Below, piece by piece: positions 57,547-64,000 of a DNA stretch of 64,000 nt. The stretch is from assembly GCA_048882325.1 (NCBI GenBank), contig JBHLRS010000017.1:162-64161 (forward strand), in the 5' to 3' direction. How positions within the stretch are numbered: the stretch's first letter is position 1; each line of letters starts with the position of its first letter. Source of the stretch: Candidatus Thorarchaeota archaeon (GTDB lineage: Archaea; Asgardarchaeota; Thorarchaeia; Thorarchaeales; Thorarchaeaceae). The translations under genes were made by a program, and so were the position numbers. The notes beneath the pieces are model-generated. The model was not told where the DNA came from, made no database searches, and worked only from the letters and a program-made list of their open reading frames with translations.

Positions 57547-57891
57547 CTACGGTGGTAAAGATATTCCTAGTATGTAATAAAATCCAGCAAAGGCGAGAAG
57601 AAAGATAGATCCGAGAAGTATCCTCTGACCTAGCTGAGCTCGTTGCCATGATGGAGTTGGTTTACCTTCAGAATCGTGTTTCTTTGCATCATCAAGAGGT
57701 TGTCGACTCATTAAGCAGGAACCAATGATTAGGAGTACCCCAAACTCTGGTATCGAGAGGTTAGCCGCCGTAAAGAAGTCAAAGTTGGTACTAGTCAGGA
57801 TATGAATAACTAAAGCTAGAATCAAGTTGATCAGGGCTAGCATGCTAGCAATAATCCAGGTTTCCAAGAGGAATCTGGAACGATCTCCCAT
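57547..57891 (-). CDS. hypothetical small membrane protein (114 aa)
   Basis: Three hydrophobic helices. Stop-start coupled to the upstream 83-aa ORF with a 2-nt gap. Confidence 0.35.
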   Translation of the reverse strand: MGDRSRFLLETWIIASMLALINLILALVIHILTSTNFDFFTAANLSIPEFGVLLIIGSCLMSRQPLDDAKKHDSEGKPTPSWQRAQLGQRILLGSIFLLAFAGFYYILGISLPP

Positions 57892-57893
57892 GT

Positions 57894-58145
57894 CTATCCC
57901 ACCGCAAGCTGAAGTAGAAAGCTGGTTGCAAGAAGCACGATTATGAGGATTATCAACGGTAGAAAGATTGTCTGGAGCGATGCGATGATCAAGGCAATAT
58001 AGTCCGTGCCATCAAGTGGCCGGAGTTCTTGCTGCTCTTGTTGCGCATACTTTAGCCAGTCAATTTCTTCATCTGACTCAGGTTCTTCCTCTTTGTAATC
58101 CTCGAAATCTGTGTTCATATGAACCACACCCTCGTGAGTGTTCAT
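57894..58145 (-). CDS. hypothetical small single-pass membrane protein with acidic N-terminus
   Basis: Acidic N-terminus (DFEDYKEEEPESDEEIDW) then one transmembrane helix. Alternative start at 58118 with GAGGGTG upstream. Confidence 0.35.
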   Translation of the reverse strand: MNTHEGVVHMNTDFEDYKEEEPESDEEIDWLKYAQQEQQELRPLDGTDYIALIIASLQTIFLPLIILIIVLLATSFLLQLAVG

Positions 58146-58174
58146 GTCTTCTTTAATGAATCGCTATATCCTAA

Positions 58175-59200
58175 TCATGCTGGAGATCCATTGACTGCGT
58201 CTGCATATTCCATCTGTGCGCTCTTTCCGAAGTCAAGTTCTCCTGCAAAGTGACAAGCAACCAAGTGACCATCACCCACATCACGCAATTCTGGGTCTTC
58301 CATACTGCAGACTTCTTGTGCGAAGATGCACCGTGGATAGAATCGACATCCCGGCGGAGGGCTAATTGGACTAGGCACTTCGCCGGATAGAATCTGAGCT
58401 CTTCCTGCGAATTTTGGATCTGGGATAGGTACCGCAGATACCAGGGCAAAGGTGTACGGATGCAGTGATTTTCTGAATATGTCGTATGGTGTTGTTTCCA
58501 CAACTTTCCCCAGATACATCACTGCCAGTCTGTCACTCATGTGTTTGACAACAGACAAGTTATGTGAAATGAACATGTATGTCAAGTCAAACTCGTCCTG
58601 TAGATCTTTCATGAGATTAAGTGTCTGAGCCTGTACAGATACATCAGTACTTGATGTCGGTTCATCCATGACCACGAATTTCGGATTCAAAGCAAGTGCT
58701 CTAGCAATGCATATCCTCTGTCTTTGTCCGCCTGAGAACTCATGTGGGAATCGATTCAGATGAGCCTCTGTCAGTCCCACCTTCTCAAGAAGATTAAGAA
58801 CGATAGATCGCATTCTTCGTCCTTTTGCAACTCCGTTGACGACTAGAGGTTCACCTATCGAGTTCTTAATCGTAACCCTTGGGTCGAGTGATGCCATGGG
58901 ATCTTGGAAGACAATTTGCATGTTCATTCGGACCTTTCTGAGTGCTCGACCTTTGGTTTTGGTAATGTCGTCATCCTCAAAGAAGATCTTTCCACTGGTT
59001 GGTTCCATCAGTCGGAGGATAGTTCGGCCAAGTGTGGTTTTGCCACAACCGCTCTCACCAACAACACCAAGGGTTTCCCCTTTCTTGATTTCCAGATTTA
59101 CTCCGTCAACTGCATGTACCTTTCCAATAACCTTACGAAAAACTCCACCAGTAAGTGGAAAGTGCTTCTTGAGATTTTCAGTCCGAACTAACGTACTCAT
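58175..59200 (-). CDS. oligopeptide ABC transporter ATP-binding protein (OppF-like)
   Basis: Walker [10 protein letters not shown], signature FSGGQRQR, Walker [13 protein letters not shown]-terminal CRFYPRC. Confidence 0.9.
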   Translation of the reverse strand: MSTLVRTENLKKHFPLTGGVFRKVIGKVHAVDGVNLEIKKGETLGVVGESGCGKTTLGRTILRLMEPTSGKIFFEDDDITKTKGRALRKVRMNMQIVFQDPMASLDPRVTIKNSIGEPLVVNGVAKGRRMRSIVLNLLEKVGLTEAHLNRFPHEFSGGQRQRICIARALALNPKFVVMDEPTSSTDVSVQAQTLNLMKDLQDEFDLTYMFISHNLSVVKHMSDRLAVMYLGKVVETTPYDIFRKSLHPYTFALVSAVPIPDPKFAGRAQILSGEVPSPISPPPGCRFYPRCIFAQEVCSMEDPELRDVGDGHLVACHFAGELDFGKSAQMEYADAVNGSPA

Positions 59201-59213
59201 ACTTCTAGCCTCC

Positions 59214-60371
59214 TTAGCGATTTATAGGATGATGACAAGCTACCCAATGACCTGGTTCTAATTCCTCCAAGTAGGGTTTCTTGTCCTTACAAAGTTCTGT
59301 AGCATAATCACATCGAGGATGAAAACGGCATCCGGGAGGGGGTGTGATTAGATTAGGAACAGAACCTCGAATCTGAGGTAATCTTTCCTTCTCCTCATGG
59401 AGCTTTGGCACAGCTGTAAGTAGACCAGCTGTGTAAGGATGTAACGGTTTGGCAAATAGCTGACCTGTTGCACATGACTCTACGGTTGTACCAGCATACA
59501 TTACATTGACCCAGTTGCAGGTTTCAGCAACGACACCCATGTCATGGGTGATGACTATAATCGATGTGCCTATCTCTGCCTTTAGCTGGTTCAACAACAT
59601 AAGAACCTGCGCCTGAACTGTAACATCTAGTGCAGTTGTTGCTTCATCGCAAATTAAGATGCTTGGGTTGCAGGCTAATGACATAGCAATCAATGCTCTT
59701 TGCCGCATTCCCCCAGACAACTCGTGGGGATATTGATTCACAACTTGCTCAGGAGCTGGCATTCGTACCAATCTAAGCATCTCGATAGCCTTTAGCTTAG
59801 CAGCTTCACGCATTGACTTTTTGTCTGGTTCAGGGGGATCATCGAGTTGTTGTTTATAGTAAGCAATCTTTCCTTCTATCTCAGCGCGATTCTCTTCCGC
59901 AGAAGCTTCAGATAGCGCTAGCTCCAACTGAGCAATCTTCATGTACAAGGCATCAAGTGAGAGGTCTTGATGCAGTTCGATGACCTCTGCGATCTGGTCA
60001 CCTATCCTAAACACTGGATTGGGGTAAGTAGCTGGATCCTGGAAAACAATCGATATTTTGTTTCCACGTATCTCAAGCATCTCCTCAGGCTCGAGCTGAA
60101 CTAGGTCTATCTCTAGTATCTCCTGCGTTTCTTCATCAGGGGTATAGAACAGAATCTGACCATCTTCAATCTTACCGGGAGCTTCGACTAGTCGAAGAAT
60201 CGATTTTGCTGTGACGCTCTTTCCACATCCAGTTTCACCAACAACTCCCATAGTGTCGCCACGTCGGAGGAACATTTCGACACCATCGAGTGCCCTGACA
60301 ACACCTTCATAGGTGTAGAAGTTTACGAAGAGGTCCTTAACATGAAGCACGAGTTCGTCAGACATTGTCAT
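59214..60371 (-). CDS. oligopeptide ABC transporter ATP-binding protein (OppD-like) with insert in helical domain
   Basis: Start refined to the ATG at 60371 (MTMSDELV), 4 nt past the oppC stop. Walker [10 protein letters not shown], signature LSGGMRQR, Walker [12 protein letters not shown]. About 60-aa coiled insert ([24 protein letters not shown]). Confidence 0.85.
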   Translation of the reverse strand: MTMSDELVLHVKDLFVNFYTYEGVVRALDGVEMFLRRGDTMGVVGETGCGKSVTAKSILRLVEAPGKIEDGQILFYTPDEETQEILEIDLVQLEPEEMLEIRGNKISIVFQDPATYPNPVFRIGDQIAEVIELHQDLSLDALYMKIAQLELALSEASAEENRAEIEGKIAYYKQQLDDPPEPDKKSMREAAKLKAIEMLRLVRMPAPEQVVNQYPHELSGGMRQRALIAMSLACNPSILICDEATTALDVTVQAQVLMLLNQLKAEIGTSIIVITHDMGVVAETCNWVNVMYAGTTVESCATGQLFAKPLHPYTAGLLTAVPKLHEEKERLPQIRGSVPNLITPPPGCRFHPRCDYATELCKDKKPYLEELEPGHWVACHHPINR

Positions 60372-60375
60372 TGTA

Positions 60376-62103
60376 TCATCTCCGTCTAAGCTTGGGATCC
60401 ATGATATCCCGTATACCATCCCCAACAAGGTTGAAAGCTAAAGCTGTGACAAGGATGGCTAGTCCAGGATAGAGTGTCATCCAAGGAGCACTTAGGATGT
60501 AGTTCTGACCCCTAGCAATCATCATTCCCCATTCTGGTGTTCCAATTGGTGGACCAAAGCCGATGAAAGCCAAACCTGCTGCAACTAGTAGAACGGAACC
60601 AATGTCCATTGTGGCTTGAACAATGACAGGTTGAATAGTGTTTGGAAGAATGTGACTGAAAAGAATTCTAGTGTCACTCGCTCCTGAAGACCGAGCCGCC
60701 TCAATATAGAGCTTCTCCCTTTCCGAGAGGACTTGACCTCGTACGAGTCGCGCATAGGTGGGCCACCATGTAATCATAAGTGCGAAACTGATGGTTGTCA
60801 AACTTCGTACTCCTATTGCCATGACGATGGCCATGGCTAATACAAGACCTGGGAAGGCGAAGAAAATGTCCGTTATACGCATAACGAGTTCGTCTAATTT
60901 TCCACCGTAATATCCAGAAGCTGCACCAATCACTGCACCAACACTGAGAGCGACCATCACTACACTGAGAGCAATTCGTAGGTCCTCTTGAGCGCCCCAT
61001 ATTATCCGACTATATATGTCACCACCATAGTTGTCTGTTCCCCATATGTGATTTGGATATTGGGAATAGTAACGAAGCACAACTCTGGTATTTACTGACC
61101 AGACTGAATTCTTGCCACCTGAAGAGATGAACTGAAGCTCCCAAACATAGGTTCCCTCCTGATCAGGTAGTTCAATGTATTGTAGGAGATTATCATCAAC
61201 AACAGAAACATTGGAGTAAAGGTAAGCAAGGCGCTCAGTCGGTGTCAATGTATTAAATGTGGTCTCATTGAGTGTATAGATTCGGAAGGTCACGTTAACC
61301 GAAACTCGGTCCCTTCCGGTATCTATACTTGATACACCAATGAAAAGGTTAGGAATCTCGCGAGTTTCTAGATGCGATTCATCAACTGTTATCTCTTGGA
61401 CATAATCATCATGTGGCAAAATCACAGGGTCAAGTGTCCTATCTTCCAAGTAATAGAGGAAGTTGAGTTTGATATCATTACTTGGTGCCCCTGGAGGTAA
61501 TCGAGCATCATCAAATACCATGTCAGTTCCAGCATAAGTGGAAATCATAGGTGCAGTCAATGCCACCCCTACCATGAAAACTATGATTATAATTCCTGCT
61601 ACGACTAAAGGACTCTTTCGTACTAGATGAAGGGTGAAGCGTGTTTCCTTTATTCGAGGTTTTGTGTCCTCTTGGAACTCTTCCCACCAAAAGTATCTCA
61701 CTCCAGGTAAGAACATGAGAAGCAATTGTAGTCCGATGAAAGTGACAATGATGAGGCCAATAAGGCCCAGAGTTGCGTAGATTACTGCTAGGAAGATATA
61801 CAGATAGAATGATGTGCCAAATGCATCAGGGAGTCGATCCATGATTCCACGATTTGCTCGTAATAGGAAAAAGGATAACACAAGGAGAAGGAGAGCTTGT
61901 AGAGTCCATGCACCCAAGAATGCTGGAGGAATAATATCCGCGCCAAAAAATATCTGAATAGCATAAGCCAGGTTTCCTACAAACACTGTGCCACCAATAA
62001 TTAGGCCAATCATTACAAAAACTATCTGAAGAATAGATAGGAGGTTCGCAAGAGTTGTACTACCGCCAGTATGTACATCAGGTATTGTTGTTTCTGACTC
62101 CAT
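60376..62103 (-). CDS. oligopeptide ABC transporter permease (OppC-like) with N-terminal polytopic extension and about 190-aa extracytoplasmic insert
   Basis: 575 aa: 4 extra N-terminal transmembrane helices, canonical TM1, a large loop (DMVFDDARLPPGAPSND...NTRVVLRYYSQYP), then the OppC core (GTDNYGGDIYSRIIWG...). Confidence 0.8.
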   Translation of the reverse strand: MESETTIPDVHTGGSTTLANLLSILQIVFVMIGLIIGGTVFVGNLAYAIQIFFGADIIPPAFLGAWTLQALLLLVLSFFLLRANRGIMDRLPDAFGTSFYLYIFLAVIYATLGLIGLIIVTFIGLQLLLMFLPGVRYFWWEEFQEDTKPRIKETRFTLHLVRKSPLVVAGIIIIVFMVGVALTAPMISTYAGTDMVFDDARLPPGAPSNDIKLNFLYYLEDRTLDPVILPHDDYVQEITVDESHLETREIPNLFIGVSSIDTGRDRVSVNVTFRIYTLNETTFNTLTPTERLAYLYSNVSVVDDNLLQYIELPDQEGTYVWELQFISSGGKNSVWSVNTRVVLRYYSQYPNHIWGTDNYGGDIYSRIIWGAQEDLRIALSVVMVALSVGAVIGAASGYYGGKLDELVMRITDIFFAFPGLVLAMAIVMAIGVRSLTTISFALMITWWPTYARLVRGQVLSEREKLYIEAARSSGASDTRILFSHILPNTIQPVIVQATMDIGSVLLVAAGLAFIGFGPPIGTPEWGMMIARGQNYILSAPWMTLYPGLAILVTALAFNLVGDGIRDIMDPKLRRR

Positions 62104-62119
62104 TCATTTCCGCCTCCAT

Positions 62120-63154
62120 CTAACCAAATCTAATCCGCGGATCAAGAACGCCATATATCATGTCAACAATGAAATTGGCAGTCACGAATATGAACGCAAC
62201 CAGCAAAGTGAAGCCATTGATGGCCGCCATATCCGAGTTCAGAATCGCTCGAGTAGCCCAACGACCTAATCCAGGCCAGTTGAATATTGTTTCAGTGAGA
62301 ACAGCTCCGGTAATGAGTCCACCAAAGGCAAGTCCAATCACAGTCACTGTAGGAATAAGTGCATTCCTCAGTGCATGTTTGTAAATCACAACACGTTCTC
62401 GCAATCCCTTTGATTTTGCTAAAGTGATATAGTCTTCTTTGATTACTTCCAACATACTGGAACGCATCATTCTTGTGATGATTGCTAGTGTGATATAACC
62501 TAAACAGAATCCAGGCATTACCAAGTGGACTAAGGCATCCATAAATAGACCGGGATTATGGTCGAAGATAATAGAATCAATAAGCAAGAAACCTGTGGTC
62601 GGATCCCATGAGTAACGCCGTATATTGTACCGGTCACCTCCTGGCAAATGAGGTAGATTCCATACCGAAAATTGATAGAATAATATGTATTTGAGCATAA
62701 GGCCGAACCAGAAGATAGGCATGCTAACACCGGAGAGTGCGAAGATTCGAGTGATGTGATCAACAACCTGATCTTTCCTAGTTGCGGAAATGATTCCAAG
62801 TGGAATACCAAGAAGCACAGCAAAAATCATAGCAACAATTGAAAGCTCAATTGTCGCTGGGAACAATCTTGCAAGAACTGTTAATACTGGTTGGTCAGCA
62901 CCAGTTGAGGTGCTAACACCCCAATCACCTTGGAATAGACTCCTCAGATAGATGAAGTACTGAACAACTGGAGGCTGGTCCAATCCTCGCGCATGTATGA
63001 TACCTGGTATCGCTGAGTCGGGCGTTCGTTCTGTAACATACATAGCCAAGGGATCACCGACTACATATGAAAGAAACCAAGTTATTGTTAGAACACCAAA
63101 AACGACAGGAATCGCTAATATGATTCTTCTAAGTATGAAATCGCGGAGCTTCAT
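62120..63154 (-). CDS. oligopeptide ABC transporter permease (OppB-like)
   Basis: 344 aa, 6 transmembrane helices. LAKSKGLRERVVIYKHALRNA signature region. Confidence 0.85.
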   Translation of the reverse strand: MKLRDFILRRIILAIPVVFGVLTITWFLSYVVGDPLAMYVTERTPDSAIPGIIHARGLDQPPVVQYFIYLRSLFQGDWGVSTSTGADQPVLTVLARLFPATIELSIVAMIFAVLLGIPLGIISATRKDQVVDHITRIFALSGVSMPIFWFGLMLKYILFYQFSVWNLPHLPGGDRYNIRRYSWDPTTGFLLIDSIIFDHNPGLFMDALVHLVMPGFCLGYITLAIITRMMRSSMLEVIKEDYITLAKSKGLRERVVIYKHALRNALIPTVTVIGLAFGGLITGAVLTETIFNWPGLGRWATRAILNSDMAAINGFTLLVAFIFVTANFIVDMIYGVLDPRIRFG

Positions 63155-63457
63155 GAGTGAACCTTCTTTTGAATAAGTTCCAGTGTATTGGAATCCAGTC
63201 TCGTAAACTTATTGCTGCGACCTGAGTGCTATACTTAAGGTTTTGGTTGCAATCAACGCGTTTTGTTGGCGCAATCTGCCGCGTTAGCTATGTTGACCTA
63301 ATTTCGTTAACTATATTAGAGTCTATTTCTTGCGAGAATACTAATAGCGAAGTTAGGCTGATACGGATTCTAGTGATTTTGCTATCAGTCTAGTTTGTTG
63401 TTACGGTCCATTCAATGGATCGTTCATAGCGCAACTGAAAAACACGAGATGGATGAC

Positions 63458-64000
63458 ATGGAGAGAAATCAATTAATAGCTGTCGTCGTAATCGTCGTTG
63501 TTGTTGGTGCTGCAGGAGCATACTTGCTGATGCAGCCACCTGCCATAGTTCTCGCGGAGGACCAAACAATCCTATGGGAAACCATAGCCCTCCCAGAATA
63601 TATGGATCCACACAAGAATTACGAGTCAGCTGGTTCATGGGTACATTACAATATCTATGAAACGTTGTTTACGTACCCCTGGGATACCGCAGACACAACT
63701 CCTTCCGTCGGTTTGCTTGCTGAGAGCGTAGCACTATCAGCGGACGGGTTGAACTACACTTTCACACTCCGACAAGGTGTCACATTCCATGACGGTACTG
63801 ACTTCAACGCCTCAGCCGCACAGATGAACTTCTGGCGAATGCTAGGACGCGGTTGGGATGATGGTTGGGGTCCAGTCTGGATGATTGCAGAGCCGATCCT
63901 CGGCGGTGCAGCTGTTGAGGATGCTGTCTACACTTATGGTGATGGCTCACCTGAGCACATTGCCGCATGGGCAGACTGGCAAGCAAACAGCAGTGCTGTC
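63458..64000 (+). CDS. ABC transporter substrate-binding protein family 5 (3' partial), N-terminal TM anchor
   Basis: Open frame from the ATG at 63458 (MERNQLIAVVVIVVVVGAAGAYLL...) to the window end. Paralogous to the SBP at 15072: same MERNQ start and the same GT.DSVETNLDP-like opening. Divergent from the oppBCDF operon on the minus strand. Confidence 0.75.
   Translation, partial: MERNQLIAVVVIVVVVGAAGAYLLMQPPAIVLAEDQTILWETIALPEYMDPHKNYESAGSWVHYNIYETLFTYPWDTADTTPSVGLLAESVALSADGLNYTFTLRQGVTFHDGTDFNASAAQMNFWRMLGRGWDDGWGPVWMIAEPILGGAAVEDAVYTYGDGSPEHIAAWADWQANSSAV

Noticed and set aside
1-64000. CRISPR arrays, transposases, integrases and phage genes
   Set aside because: No direct-repeat arrays, terminal inverted repeats, recombinase or transposase motifs were seen. 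The window appears to be core or accessory metabolic chromosome.

Overview
Gene-dense 64 kb window with about 60 protein-coding genes. I found no rRNA or tRNA genes, no CRISPR array and no mobile element. The host looks archaeal and is possibly an Asgard-type archaeon; this is inference, not proof. Supporting features are strong GGAGG ribosome-binding sites, frequent TTG and GTG starts, an archaeal-type aspartate-semialdehyde dehydrogenase, a rubredoxin, a eukaryote-like Ras/Rab small GTPase, substrate-binding proteins anchored by single transmembrane helices, and a COG1900 sulfide-dependent homocysteine operon. The window contains an ABC-2 exporter next to a PAPS-synthesis plus sulfotransferase module (sat, cysC, sulfotransferase), and a protease cluster (M48 protease, TldD, PmbA). 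It also contains three complete Opp/Dpp-type peptide ABC transporter loci and one orphan, motif-degenerate ABC ATPase. Other genes are a membrane histidine kinase followed by two tandem DUF4140/DUF4139 paralogs, bacterial-type GAPDH with a short citrate synthase, a homocysteine-from-aspartate-semialdehyde operon, two tandem paralogous polytopic membrane proteins with a C-terminal alpha/beta domain, and several Fe-S and catabolic enzymes. Two genes were missing from the ORF track because they are under 60 aa: a rubredoxin and a 50-aa Cys/His-rich protein. Coordinates come from the supplied ORF track where possible; refined starts are stated in the evidence fields.
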